A DNA stretch of 64,000 nt from an uncultured delta proteobacterium (GCA_963753975.1 CAVWEH010000005.1:128001-192000), one strand, 5' to 3'. Positions 41,268 to 51,922 are shown, counted from the stretch's first letter. Notes: generated by a model from the sequence alone, not told the origin. Numbers and translations: made by a program.

Positions 41268-41897
41268 ATGAACTCAAAAAGATATAATGCGCTGACTTCT
41301 CTGTTGCTGGCTATCATTATTGGCGTTGGCCTGGCGGCCTGTTCGTCCCCAGCCAAGTTGCCGCACCTTGCCAACGATGCTGTCATTGTGGCGTTCGGTG
41401 ATAGCTTGACATTCGGAACCGGAGCTGAACAGGGGGAGAGTTATCCCGCAGTTTTGGAAAAAATGATTGGCCGGCACGTGGTTAATGCGGGAGTACCGGG
41501 GGAAGTGACTGCTGATGGATTAGCCCGCCTACCTGCGATTCTGGAGCGGGAAAAACCTGCTCTTTTGCTTCTGTGCCACGGCGGCAACGACCAGCTTAGG
41601 CGCTTGAACCATGAGCAAATTGCCAACAACATCCGGGAAATGATTCTGTTAGCACAGAAAAAAGAAATAGCTGTTGTTCTCATTGCGGTACCAGCTCCGG
41701 GGCTATCTCTTTCACCTCCGTCAATGTACCGCGAAATTGCCAAGGAGCTATCCATTCCCATCGAAGAGGAAACATTATCCACGGTGTTGGCCGATAGCTC
41801 TCTCAAGTCGGATTATATCCATCCCAATGCCGCGGGATACCGCCGTCTGGCTGAATCTATTGTAAATCTTCTTAAGAAAAGCGGTGCAATAGATTAG
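41268..41897 (+). CDS. SGNH/GDSL arylesterase (TesA-like) lipoprotein
   Basis: Lipobox LAAC; AFGDSLT, NAGVPG, GGND and DYIHPN motifs. Confidence 0.9.
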   Translation: MNSKRYNALTSLLLAIIIGVGLAACSSPAKLPHLANDAVIVAFGDSLTFGTGAEQGESYPAVLEKMIGRHVVNAGVPGEVTADGLARLPAILEREKPALLLLCHGGNDQLRRLNHEQIANNIREMILLAQKKEIAVVLIAVPAPGLSLSPPSMYREIAKELSIPIEEETLSTVLADSSLKSDYIHPNAAGYRRLAESIVNLLKKSGAID

Positions 41898-41990
41898 CCC
41901 GCCATCTCCTCGACCCTGATATCGTAAATGTTGTGATAATTAAAGTGGATGATGAATGTTTCCGGCTTTAATTCTATATGAGTTCCCAAA

Positions 41991-42428
41991 TTACGGTTTC
42001 TCTATCTTCTCCAATTCCATAATTTTTCTCCTCAGTGCTTCGGGGATGGGGACTTTTTTATTGTTGTGGTAATCGTAAGTCACGATCACGCCTTCGCCGT
42101 CGGCGGCAATTCTTTTGTGCTTGGTGCTGAAGACTTCATAGCCCATTACAAACCGGTCTTCTTCCATGCTTAATATTTTGGTTCCGACAATCACCGTATC
42201 GGGATAATGCAGGGGCATCTTGAAGCGGCACTCGGTAGATGCAAGAATCGGCCCGATGCCCGTTTCCTGTTGATAGCCCAGCATGTTCAGGCGGTTGAAG
42301 TACTCGATTCTCACACTTTCAAAATAACGAAAATAGATAATGTTATTAACATGCCCCATAGCGTCCATCTCGCCCCAGGCCACGGGAATATTCATGACCA
42401 CCGTGCAAGCCGATAATACTTCTTCCAT
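41991..42428 (-). CDS. Acyl-CoA thioesterase (hot-dog, YbgC/FadM-like)
   Basis: EMDAMGHVNNIIYFRYFE motif. Confidence 0.9.
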   Translation of the reverse strand: MEEVLSACTVVMNIPVAWGEMDAMGHVNNIIYFRYFESVRIEYFNRLNMLGYQQETGIGPILASTECRFKMPLHYPDTVIVGTKILSMEEDRFVMGYEVFSTKHKRIAADGEGVIVTYDYHNNKKVPIPEALRRKIMELEKIEKP

Positions 42429-42550
42429 AACCTACACCTCGATTCTATTGATAAAATTAATTTCTTTTACGACTCTGCTGTTACAGGTAAAATTAAATCA
42501 AGCCGGTGTTTAAAGCAACAAAAATATTCTTCGGCTATTTCAAAAACCAA

Positions 42551-42579
42551 TTGAACTCAAGACATATTACGGGTATATT
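42551..42579 (+). promoter_or_regulatory. Putative promoter, similar to 51182-51210
   Basis: TTGAAC-17 bp-TATATT. Confidence 0.55.
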
Positions 42580-42636
42580 TAACAACATAGTTTTTAAAAT
42601 GTATTATTTCTTATAATATTAAAGATAGGGCGCTGT

Positions 42637-43416
42637 ATGTCAAGACTGATGCCGGCGATTTTTTTTGGGCATGGCAACCCCATGAATGCCATATCGCAAA
42701 ATGCCTACACCGAGGGCTGGGCAGCAATTGGCAAAGCAATACCCCGTCCTCAGGCCATCCTTTCTGTTTCCGCTCACTGGTATTTGCCTGCCACAGCAGT
42801 TACCGCCAATCTGGAACCGGAAACGATTCACGATTTTGGTGGTTTCCCTCGCGAACTCTATGAGGTCGAATATAATGCTCCGGGCTCTCTTGAGCTTGCC
42901 AAGCACGTAAAGAATTTACTTGCGCCTGTTGCGGTTAAACTGGACAAAAGCTGGGGGTTGGATCACGGGACCTGGTCAGTGCTCAAACATATTTTCCCCA
43001 ACGCGGATATTCCCGTTGTGCAACTGAGTATTAATGAGATAAAACCCGCGCAATTCCACTATGATCTCGGTGAAAAACTGGCGCCGCTCAGGGAAGAAGG
43101 TGTTCTCATTATCGGCAGCGGTAATCTTGTGCATAACCTGCACGCTTATGCCTGGGGTCAGGGTGGAACTGCGCCTTTCGATTGGGCAACTCGATTCGAA
43201 ACGCAGGCGCGGGAGTTTTTACTCTCCGGTGAGGATGGCCGACTTATAGAGTATGAAAAATTAGGGCGGGATGCGATGTTGTCTATTCCGACACCTGACC
43301 ATTATCTACCGCTGCTATACGTAATTGCGACGCGCAGAGCCGATGAAAAGATCGGTTTCCCCGTGGAAGGGATTGACGGCGGCTCTGTTTCCATGCTGGC
43401 TTGCCAAATCGGCTGA
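42637..43416 (+). CDS. ygiD: 4,5-DOPA extradiol dioxygenase (LigB family)
   Basis: GHGNPMNA, SAHW, TIHDFGGFP, GLDHG, SGNLVHNL and PTPDHYLP motifs. Confidence 0.92.
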   Translation: MSRLMPAIFFGHGNPMNAISQNAYTEGWAAIGKAIPRPQAILSVSAHWYLPATAVTANLEPETIHDFGGFPRELYEVEYNAPGSLELAKHVKNLLAPVAVKLDKSWGLDHGTWSVLKHIFPNADIPVVQLSINEIKPAQFHYDLGEKLAPLREEGVLIIGSGNLVHNLHAYAWGQGGTAPFDWATRFETQAREFLLSGEDGRLIEYEKLGRDAMLSIPTPDHYLPLLYVIATRRADEKIGFPVEGIDGGSVSMLACQIG

Positions 43417-43749
43417 TATAAATCTATGCTTTAATCGTGTTCGTGTGTTAGCTTCCTTCTTCTGTCAATTAATTAGCGCCCTACCCTAATTTTTTCACAT
43501 GCTTTAGGGACGTCTGTTAACTTCAAGAAACTTAAGAATTTTCTCTTTTACTTCCGGAAGGCTCTGAACGTGATGGAAATTAACGTTGACAACGACGGAC
43601 TCCGCATTCCGCCTGGAAGACATCCAGCTGCCACAATCGCCAGAGGTCCAAGGATTCGACGATACTTAAAGTGTATATTTCATTTATTACTTTTTCCGCT
43701 CACATCGCCACCTGACGGCGTCTGATTGCGCGGAAAATAGTACTTAAAA

Positions 43750-43945
43750 ACGAAGCGCATTGAAATTTGTAACTCGAACAATCCCGCCATAAGCGGAGGG
43801 TAATGAGACTCAAATTCCGAAAGCAAAACGTATCGGAATTTGTTAGCCGAATCAATGAAACTCAGATATTACAAGCACGGCGCAGTAATATCTGTTAGTT
43901 GAATTGATCCCGTATAAGCAGGGATATAATACCCCACCCCTTGGG
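43750..43945 (+). repeat. Tandem hairpin repeat units
   Basis: Units at 43802-43852 and 43854-43905, flanked by ATCCCG..GCGGAGGG modules. Confidence 0.8.
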
Positions 43946-44659
43946 GCGGAATTAGGGTCCAGGGCTTGCCCTGGGGTTCATACCCGTGATTGATATATTT
44001 TGTTTGGCTATTATCCCCATCCTCGGACGAAATGTAAATAAATTTCCTTTTACGGCTATCTATTAAGCAAGTATCTGAATTTACTAATTTCAAATACTTA
44101 GAGTTGAACGAATCCATCTGTACGCAAACGCTATGGGCTTTCCAACCTCGTCTTTTTTATTAAAAAATTAAAAATTCAGCAATAAAATTTTTTTGTTATA
44201 CCGCACAGAATAGAAATAACTCGTTAAAAGTGACGAGACTTAATTTGACAATATTCGGAAAGTCAAACATTGGTCAGGACATCTAATGCCAATCCTGGAA
44301 TTTGTCGACACGATTAAACAACCGGGGTTCTACTGGCCTATCGTTAACCAACCACTGTCAGGGGGTGCAAAGTTATAATGAAGGCCCTACTCCGATTATT
44401 ACAGGCGGCGCGGATGGCTCTATTGATAAAGTTTACCGACATAGACTTAATCAAACATACCCTGTCCAGGGAAACATGGGTCTTTGCCCAACAACTTGTG
44501 GTATCCCGCCGTAATGAGGGGCTTCAACCAGTAATCATTAGATTTCTGAAATAGAATGGCAAGCTGAAATTTGCACTTGCTGCAATTTCTCAAATGTGTA
44601 GAATCTATAATTCAATATATTTACCATAGGCTGAAGAATAATTTCGAGGAAATTAGATT

Positions 44660-47600
44660 ATGGCTGAATCCCTTCGCATCCTCATTTTGGAAGATAACCC
44701 GGCTGATGTAGAGTTGGTGCAGTTTGAGCTGCAAGAAGCAGGGCTCGTCTTCGTCCCCAAAATAGTGACAACTGAAGAAGATTTCATCCGCGAAATTGAG
44801 GAATTCTGCCCCGATCTTATCCTTTCCGATTACGATCTTCCCCGCTACGATGGCTCCTTAGCGCTGGCTGAGGCCAGAAAAAGGTGCCCCGATACCCCTT
44901 TTATTCTGGTAACCGGCGCTGTCACTGAAGACCGTGCTATCGAAATCCTCACGCAGGGCGCCAAGGATTATGTTCTGAAGAACCGGCTCGAGCAGCGGCT
45001 TGGACCGTCCGTCAAGAGAGCTCTGGCAGAGGCGCGCGAACATAGTGCGCGCAAGCGCGCAGAAGAGGAGCTCCACGAGGCTCACAGAACTCTGGAGGAA
45101 AAAGTCAAGATCAGGACTGCGGAGTTGGAAGCGGAGATGGCGGCGCGGAAGAAGTCGGAGGAGGCGCTCCGGGAGAGCGAGTCCCGAGAAAGGGTGCGCG
45201 CTGCCGAACTGCAGACGGTGATGGACATGGCACCCGTCGCGGTTTGGATTGCCCACGACCCGCAGTGCCTGCGGATTACCGGTAACAGATATGCCGACGA
45301 GATCATGCACGTGCCACCGGACGCCAATATATCAGCGAGTGTGGTTCCCGGCGAGGCGGCAGTTACCTATAGAGTTTTCCGTAATGGCCTAGAGATGAAG
45401 CCCGAAGAACTTCCTGCCCAGGTCGCCGCCTCCACCGGCAGGCCGGTAGCCGCGGAATTGCTGGATTTGGTTTTCTCCGATGGACGAGTGGTGACGACTA
45501 TTCTGGGCGCCATGCCGCTCTTCGATGCCGAGGGCCGCGTCCGCGGCTCCGTAGCCGCCGGCGTTGACGTGACGCGGCTCAGAAAGGCAGAGGAGGCACT
45601 GCGGCAGACAACCGAGCGCTTTGACATGGCGCAACATGCGGCTGAAGTGGGGACATGGGACTGGAATATCACAACGGGCGAGATCGAATGGTCAAATCAA
45701 ATGTTCAATCTTTTTCGGCTCGATCCACGAAGAAACATTGCTTCTTTTGAGTTGTGGGAAAGTATTATACATCCTGAAGACGTTAAAACAGCAAGTCTCC
45801 GAATTGAGGAAGCATTAAGCCAGAAGACAGCCCTGAACAGCGATTACCGGATTGTGTTGCCTGACGGGCAGACACGCTGGATAAACGCCGTGGGAGAAAG
45901 CAAGTATGACGACCAGGGTCAGCCAATCCGGATGATCGGCATCTGCACTGACATTACCGAGCGAAAGAAAGCGGAAGATACGTTACAGATAATGCTTCAA
46001 CGCCTCCATATTTTGGTTTCGAACATGCAAAGTAGTATTTTATTTGTAGGAGAAGGCGGGATTGAGTTGGCCAATCAGGCATTTTGCGACTATTTTGAAT
46101 TGCCGGAAATACCTGCAGACCTGATCGGACTTACTCCAAATCAATTAATGGGAAAAATAAAGAATGCTTATCTTCATCCTGAGGAAGCAATAAAGCGCAT
46201 CCAGGAAATCATTGATCGGAGACAACCGGTAATAGGCGAAGAAACCACCCTGCACGGCGGGCGGACATGCCTCCGGGATTTCATCCCCATAAACATAGAT
46301 GGAAAATCACTTGGCCGTTTATGGCATCACACTGACATCACCGAACGCAAGAATAGAGAGAAAGAACAGGAAAAGTTTAGCCGAACGCTCCGCGCGCTCG
46401 CCAAAAGCAATCAGGCTATAATGCAAGCTGCGGATGAATATAGGTACATGCAAGAGGTATGCAAAATTATTGTCGAGGACTGCGGCTATAGGATGGTATG
46501 GGTGGGCTTTGCCCAGAATAATAAGGATAAAACGGTCCGCCCTGTCGCCTATAGTGGTTTTGAAGAAGGCTACATCGAAGCATTGAAAGTAACCTGGGCG
46601 GATACTGAACGAGGCCGCGGGCCGACGGGTACGGCTATCCGTACGGGAAAACCAACTGCATGCAAGAATATGCTTGCTGACCCTCATTTCCAACCATGGC
46701 GAGAAGAAGCAATGAAACGAGGATATGCATCTTCCATTGCCTTACCGTTGATTGCCTACGGCAAGGCATTCGGTGCATTGACCATCTACTCAGAAGAACC
46801 TGATCACTTTGCGGAAGACGAGGTAAAGCTGCTTGCCGAATTAGCTGATGATTTCTCTTACGGCATCATGGCGATCCGATGGCGTCAAGCTCGTGAGGAA
46901 GCCGAGGAAGCGTTGAGGGAAAGCGAGGAAAAATATAGGAATCTTGTGAAATATGCTCCGGCGGCTATCTATGAAATGGATATTAAGGGAACAAAATTCT
47001 TCAGCGTAAACGATGTCATGTGCGAGATCCTCGGGTATTCAAGGGAGGAACTGCTTTCAATTAAACCTACCGACCTCCTCGACCAGAAAAGCAAATCGCT
47101 TTTCAAAGAAATGGTAAAAAAGAATCTTTCAGGAGAAAAAACAGAAGAAACCGCTGAATATCGCATCAGAAGAAAGGACAGCGAGTGGATATATACAGTC
47201 GTTAACGTGGGGGCATTCTCTTACACAAATAAAAAATCCCCCAGGGTCGCAGTCATCGCACACGACATCACCGGACGTAAACGGGCTGAAGAGGCTATCC
47301 TCCGGGTTAAGGAGGAATGGGAACGGACATTCGACACAATCCCGGATCTGATCGCTATCTTGGACAAAGAGCATAGGATTCTCCGGATAAATAAGGCGAT
47401 GGCAGACCGCCTGGGGCTGGCGCTCAGCCAATGCATCGGCATCAGATGCTACGAGGTTGTCCATGGCCTCTCCCAGCCGCCAGAGTTTTGTCCGCATGCC
47501 CTGACTTGTCGGGACGGCTATGAGCACGTTGCCGAGGTGCACGAAGCGGTTCTCGGTGGCGACTTTCTGGTGAGCACGACACCGCTCTGTGATGAGAATG

Positions 47601-48382
47601 GTCAAGTCATCGGATCTATCCACGTTGCGCGCAATATCACCCAAAGAAAGCAGATGGAGGAAGAACTGCGACAGAAATCTTATCATTTGGAGGCAGCCAA
47701 CAAAGAGTTGGAAAGTTTCAGCTACTCCGTCTCCCATGACCTCCGGGCGCCGCTCAGGGCCATTGATGGTTTTTCCCGAATCATCCTCAGGCAGTGGGGA
47801 CATAAATTTGATAAAGACACCAGGAATCAATTCGACTTGATTAGAGACAATATCAAGATCATGGGAGTTCTGATTGATGATCTTCTTTCTTTTTCCAAGC
47901 TACAAAAAACAGCTATGAGCGTCACGACAATTGATATGGACAAACTTGCTGCCGAAGTATGGAAAGAGCTAAGCGCAGCAAATAAGGAACGAGCGCTGAA
48001 GCTCAAGATCGCGAAGATACTGCCCGGATACGGAGACCGGACTCTCGTCAAACAAGTACTGTTCAATCTTTTCGACAATGCCGTTAAATTCACCAAGAAT
48101 CGAAAACAGGGCATTATCGAAATGCGCAGTTACAAGGATGCCGGCAGCGTTGTTTACTGTTTGAAGGATAACGGCGCGGGCTTTGATATGGCTTATTATG
48201 ACAAGCTCTTTGGTGTCTTCCAGCGGCTTCACAGCAATGAGGAATATGAGGGAACGGGCGTGGGGCTGGCAATTGTTCAGCGGATCATCGACAGGCATGG
48301 TGGAAGGGTCTGGGCGGAGGGGGAAGTGGGAAAGGGAGCAACCTTTTATTTTACGCTGCCTGCATATACATCCTCAAGATGA
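44660..48382 (+). CDS. Hybrid sensor histidine kinase (REC, multiple PAS, GAF, HisKA, HATPase)
   Basis: N-terminal ILEDN...LSDY; repeated DITERK linkers; GAF GRGPTG; SHDLRAPL, NAVKF, DNGAG and GTGVGL. Confidence 0.93.
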   Translation: MAESLRILILEDNPADVELVQFELQEAGLVFVPKIVTTEEDFIREIEEFCPDLILSDYDLPRYDGSLALAEARKRCPDTPFILVTGAVTEDRAIEILTQGAKDYVLKNRLEQRLGPSVKRALAEAREHSARKRAEEELHEAHRTLEEKVKIRTAELEAEMAARKKSEEALRESESRERVRAAELQTVMDMAPVAVWIAHDPQCLRITGNRYADEIMHVPPDANISASVVPGEAAVTYRVFRNGLEMKPEELPAQVAASTGRPVAAELLDLVFSDGRVVTTILGAMPLFDAEGRVRGSVAAGVDVTRLRKAEEALRQTTERFDMAQHAAEVGTWDWNITTGEIEWSNQMFNLFRLDPRRNIASFELWESIIHPEDVKTASLRIEEALSQKTALNSDYRIVLPDGQTRWINAVGESKYDDQGQPIRMIGICTDITERKKAEDTLQIMLQRLHILVSNMQSSILFVGEGGIELANQAFCDYFELPEIPADLIGLTPNQLMGKIKNAYLHPEEAIKRIQEIIDRRQPVIGEETTLHGGRTCLRDFIPINIDGKSLGRLWHHTDITERKNREKEQEKFSRTLRALAKSNQAIMQAADEYRYMQEVCKIIVEDCGYRMVWVGFAQNNKDKTVRPVAYSGFEEGYIEALKVTWADTERGRGPTGTAIRTGKPTACKNMLADPHFQPWREEAMKRGYASSIALPLIAYGKAFGALTIYSEEPDHFAEDEVKLLAELADDFSYGIMAIRWRQAREEAEEALRESEEKYRNLVKYAPAAIYEMDIKGTKFFSVNDVMCEILGYSREELLSIKPTDLLDQKSKSLFKEMVKKNLSGEKTEETAEYRIRRKDSEWIYTVVNVGAFSYTNKKSPRVAVIAHDITGRKRAEEAILRVKEEWERTFDTIPDLIAILDKEHRILRINKAMADRLGLALSQCIGIRCYEVVHGLSQPPEFCPHALTCRDGYEHVAEVHEAVLGGDFLVSTTPLCDENGQVIGSIHVARNITQRKQMEEELRQKSYHLEAANKELESFSYSVSHDLRAPLRAIDGFSRIILRQWGHKFDKDTRNQFDLIRDNIKIMGVLIDDLLSFSKLQKTAMSVTTIDMDKLAAEVWKELSAANKERALKLKIAKILPGYGDRTLVKQVLFNLFDNAVKFTKNRKQGIIEMRSYKDAGSVVYCLKDNGAGFDMAYYDKLFGVFQRLHSNEEYEGTGVGLAIVQRIIDRHGGRVWAEGEVGKGATFYFTLPAYTSSR

Positions 48383-48642
48383 GGCTGTTTTTTGAGAAGA
48401 ATTAGGCTGCGTTCGACTTGATCGTTTCTTATGGCAATCCTCGCTTTCCTTCACTTGATAACTGTCTATGCCAATTCTAAATCAAAACGCTATCCTTGTT
48501 GGCAGCACCGCCAACTGCATGCCGGATGAATCCAAAATCTTTTTGTCATGTAGAATTGCTAAGAAAATGAATTGGTTTTTTAAGTGCTTTACCTTGCCGG
48601 TAATTCCCACTTGTAAGTTACCACCTTACAAGTGAATTGATA

Positions 48643-48875
48643 TCAGACATACTCCTGATAGGTAGGGTCGTACATCTTCGATTTGATCAGGCCGGGCAGA
48701 TCGGGAGGTTTTGGCAGCACGGTGAGTCCGCTCGCAAAGGCAACCTTGGCGACGGCCAGCGCAATATTGACCGACACTTCGCGAATGCGCGACAAGGAAG
48801 GATAAATCCGTCCCAGCATAAAATCTTTCTCCGAAACCTGTTCATCCAAAGCTTTGGCGGCGGCAAGTAGGAGAA
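48643..48875 (-). pseudogene. C-terminal fragment of a malic enzyme (MaeA/SfcA type)
   Basis: AAAKAL.EQVS......GRIYPSLSRIREVSVNIALAVAK...MYDPTY; no N-terminal part present. Confidence 0.7.
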
Positions 48876-48952
48876 TCCGCAGGCGTATTACTAATACGTT
48901 GAGGAAGCCGACGACACAGCCAACAAAGTTAGCCAAAGAAAGCGAAATGGTA

Positions 48953-49345
48953 TTAGTTTCGTTCCACAAATTCTACAACGTTGCCATCCGGATCTTTGAC
49001 CATTGCAATGCGCACGCCGGGCCGGATTTCTTTTTCCGGCAAGGTAAATTCTATGCCGCTTTTTTGGAGATCCTTGCAAAGTTCAGAGAGATTCTCTATT
49101 ACAAAAGTCACATAACGAAACCCGATTTGCTTTTCTAAACCAACGGCTCCGCGGGGAGGAACCGTCTTCGGCTCAACCAATTTGAAGTCACTTGTACCGA
49201 ATCTGAGCCGGTGCATTGTGCCAAACCATAAAGGAACTGTGCCCACAAACGTGAGCCCCAAAATATTTTGATAAAAGTTGAGGCTGGCCTTGATATCGCT
49301 GACAATCACCCCGATATCCAGAGAATCCTTTGCCGGTTTCATCAT
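48953..49345 (-). CDS. VOC/glyoxalase family protein (copy 2)
   Basis: Close paralogue of 40169-40561. Confidence 0.85.
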   Translation of the reverse strand: MMKPAKDSLDIGVIVSDIKASLNFYQNILGLTFVGTVPLWFGTMHRLRFGTSDFKLVEPKTVPPRGAVGLEKQIGFRYVTFVIENLSELCKDLQKSGIEFTLPEKEIRPGVRIAMVKDPDGNVVEFVERN

Positions 49346-49355
49346 TTTGTTTATT

Positions 49356-49450
49356 GTGAACCTCCAATTCCGAAAGCGAAGCACGGCGAAGCGTAGCGAA
49401 ATTGGTAAGTTGAACAATCCCGCGAAGCGGAGGGTATCATACCCGTGGTT
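49356..49450 (+). repeat. Hairpin repeat unit rich in GCGAAGC
   Basis: ccaattccgaaagcgaagcacggcgaagcgtagcgaaattgg...atcccgcgaagcggagggtatc. Confidence 0.7.
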
Positions 49451-49603
49451 CCTTTCTGATTATTGCTGCTGAGAATGTAGCATAAAAGGGTAAAATATAA
49501 AAACTAGCTTTTCAAGAAGAGGCGCCCTTTTCTTGGCAAAAAACAAGAACCGTTATTTGATTAATTAATAACAATTAAGTAATTTCGATACCGGAGAAAA
49601 ATC

Positions 49604-50034
49604 ATGATCTCAAGAATATTTAATACGCTGACTTACCTGTTGCTGACAATTATTGTCGGCTTCGCTCTAGCGGCCTGTTCGTCCCCAGCCAAGTTGCCAC
49701 ACCTTGCTCATGCCACGGCGGCAACGACCAGCTTAGGCGCTTGAACCATGAGCAAATTGCCAACAACATCCGGGAAATGATTCGGCTAGCGCAGAAAAGA
49801 GGAGTAGCTGTTGTTCTCATTGCGGTGCCGGCCCCGGGGCTATCTCTTTCACCTCCGTCAATGTACCGCGAAATTGCCAAGGAGCTATCCATTCCCATCG
49901 AAGAGGAAACATTATCCACGGTGTTGGCCGATAGCTCTCTCAAGTCGGATTATATCCATCCCAATGCCGCGGGATACCGCCGTCTGGCTGAATCTATTGT
50001 AAATCTTCTTAAGAAAAGCGGTGCAATAGATTAG
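49604..50034 (+). pseudogene. Arylesterase copy with an internal deletion of about 200 bp
   Basis: MISR...LAACSSPAKLPHLA joins directly, out of frame, to the CHGGND region; the GDSL block is missing; the last ~200 nt are identical to copy 1. Confidence 0.85.
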
Positions 50035-50077
50035 TCTGCTTTTTTGAAAGAAAATACATTTTTATCCGGTAAGCTTT

Positions 50078-51007
50078 CTATGATGGAAAAGGTTCAACCA
50101 GAATTTTAATATCCTCTTTGTTGTTTCCGGCTAACACTTCGAAGCCTTCTTCTTTGATTTTGTCCAGGGGGATAATTTTGGTGATCACACTCTCCGGACG
50201 GATGCTTCCGCTTTTAATCCAGGACAGAGCCAATTCAGGATGGATAGAGTTGGTGCCGATCATGGTTGTTTCACGAGTCACGAAACCGAGCATATGCACG
50301 GATGCCCGCTGGGTGAAAATGCCCTGAACAATTACCTTCCCCATATATTTTACCGAAGAGAGACAATCTTTTAGTGTTGCTTCAATGCCGACGGCTTCGA
50401 TGGCCACGTCAACGCCTTTGCCGGAAGTCAACTCTTTGACCTTTGACGCGGTTTTTATTTCCAGCGGATTCCATACCAGGGCCGCACCCAGCTCTTGCGC
50501 TTTTTTGCGCCTGTATTCCAGAAGGTCGGTCATATATACGGTTTTCACACCCATGGCCTTTAACCCTAAAAGGAGCATGAGACCCACAGTGCCGCAACCG
50601 ACGATAAGAACTTTTTCATCTCCTTTGATTCCGGCGCGATTCAGTGCATAAGCCGCTCCCGAGAGAGGTTCGACGACCGCCGCGCGCTTCCAATCCATAT
50701 TCGCGGGAATTTTCAGCAAACGCTCCTGCGGGCAGTTAATGTATTCGGCATAGGAGCCGGAAATGACGGAGCAGACGCGCTCACCCACAGTATAGCCTTT
50801 AACGCCTTCTCCTATAGCAACTATCTCGCCGCAGGCTTCATGGCCGAAAGGGCTTTCGGGAAAGGGCCCGTGGAGATATTCGTGCAAATCCGAACCGCAA
50901 ATACCACAGTATTTGATTTTAATCTTAACCTCGCCTTTCCCCGGTTGGATTTCGGGAACCTCCTCGACCGTGATATCGTGAATGCCATGATAGATAACCT
51001 TCTTCAT
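50078..51007 (-). CDS. Zinc-binding MDR alcohol dehydrogenase
   Basis: CGICGSDLH, GHE and GCGTVG; lacks the structural-Zn Cys loop. Confidence 0.88.
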   Translation of the reverse strand: MKKVIYHGIHDITVEEVPEIQPGKGEVKIKIKYCGICGSDLHEYLHGPFPESPFGHEACGEIVAIGEGVKGYTVGERVCSVISGSYAEYINCPQERLLKIPANMDWKRAAVVEPLSGAAYALNRAGIKGDEKVLIVGCGTVGLMLLLGLKAMGVKTVYMTDLLEYRRKKAQELGAALVWNPLEIKTASKVKELTSGKGVDVAIEAVGIEATLKDCLSSVKYMGKVIVQGIFTQRASVHMLGFVTRETTMIGTNSIHPELALSWIKSGSIRPESVITKIIPLDKIKEEGFEVLAGNNKEDIKILVEPFPS

Positions 51008-51181
51008 TGAACATGCCCCTTTCCAATTATTAAGCCAAGCTGCTTATAGTCTATGATAACTAAAAAGGCAAAAAGTTCTTGCGTACCGAGGCGCAATTCT
51101 TTTCAATCCATCGGATATTGGCTGGTCTAATGCTTTCAGCCTCTTGTGCCCCGTTAGGGGTATCAGCATTTTTAAAAGCAC

Positions 51182-51210
51182 TTGAACTCACCACATATTG
51201 CGAGTATGTT
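51182..51210 (+). promoter_or_regulatory. Putative promoter, similar to 42551-42579
   Basis: TTGAAC-17 bp-TATGTT with an ACATA-N7-TATGT palindrome. Confidence 0.55.
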
Positions 51211-51277
51211 TAATCAGTAGCTTTGCTTAAAAAAAATAGATGCGTTTTCATTGTCCCTTAATAAGAGTCAATAGAGA

Positions 51278-51922
51278 ATGAAGACAAGGATTATCAAGGT
51301 TAAATTAGCTAAATGGTTTCCATCTAACGACGACTTATCAAAAAAGATAGCACGGTTATGCATTTTAAGGGAAGATTTAATGTTTCAACTTCAATGTGCA
51401 ATAGAATCTCGTAATGTACCAATTAAAGATGATTATGGCTCGGCATGGAGGGAAACATATTATTTCAGACATATGTTTGGTACTTTACAAGAAATTCGTC
51501 GTTCCATTGAAAGCCTCGCAAAAGATGTTAATTTTAAGTCTTTTTTAGATGCTCAATCACCAAAGTTACAAGAAGAATTTACACAATTGAAAAAACAGTT
51601 CAATTCCGAGCGTGAAAAAATAAAAACTATTAGACGTGAGATTGGAGTGCATATAGAAGAAAATATTGTTGGAGAAGCACTTCTAAACATGAGTCATAAA
51701 CGTTGGGGGTTTTTACATATTTCACAGCGTGGACCAGCAAAAACGCATTATAAATTTGTTGGTGAACTTATAATGTCTATTATGTTGCGAAATACACCCG
51801 ACAAAGAGCAGCTTCATAAAGCACAAGAAATTGTCGATGTACTAATCAATACCATGCAAAATTTATTTCCTATTATTGACTGGACTTTTTTAAATTATGC
51901 AATAGACCGAAAACTCTTATAG
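51278..51922 (+). CDS. Hypothetical AT-rich helical protein, possibly HEPN
   Basis: 214-aa ORF with an Rx4H-like motif REIGVH. Confidence 0.65.
   Translation: MKTRIIKVKLAKWFPSNDDLSKKIARLCILREDLMFQLQCAIESRNVPIKDDYGSAWRETYYFRHMFGTLQEIRRSIESLAKDVNFKSFLDAQSPKLQEEFTQLKKQFNSEREKIKTIRREIGVHIEENIVGEALLNMSHKRWGFLHISQRGPAKTHYKFVGELIMSIMLRNTPDKEQLHKAQEIVDVLINTMQNLFPIIDWTFLNYAIDRKLL

Noticed and set aside
43504..43683. Possible minus-strand gene remnant ending ...SLPEVKEKILKFLEVNRRP
   Set aside because: No continuous frame or identifiable family
40575..43945. CRISPR array or integron attC array
   Set aside because: Repeats are non-identical, irregularly spaced and nested; no cas or intI gene; no consistent RYYYAAC...GTTRRRY ends after stop codons
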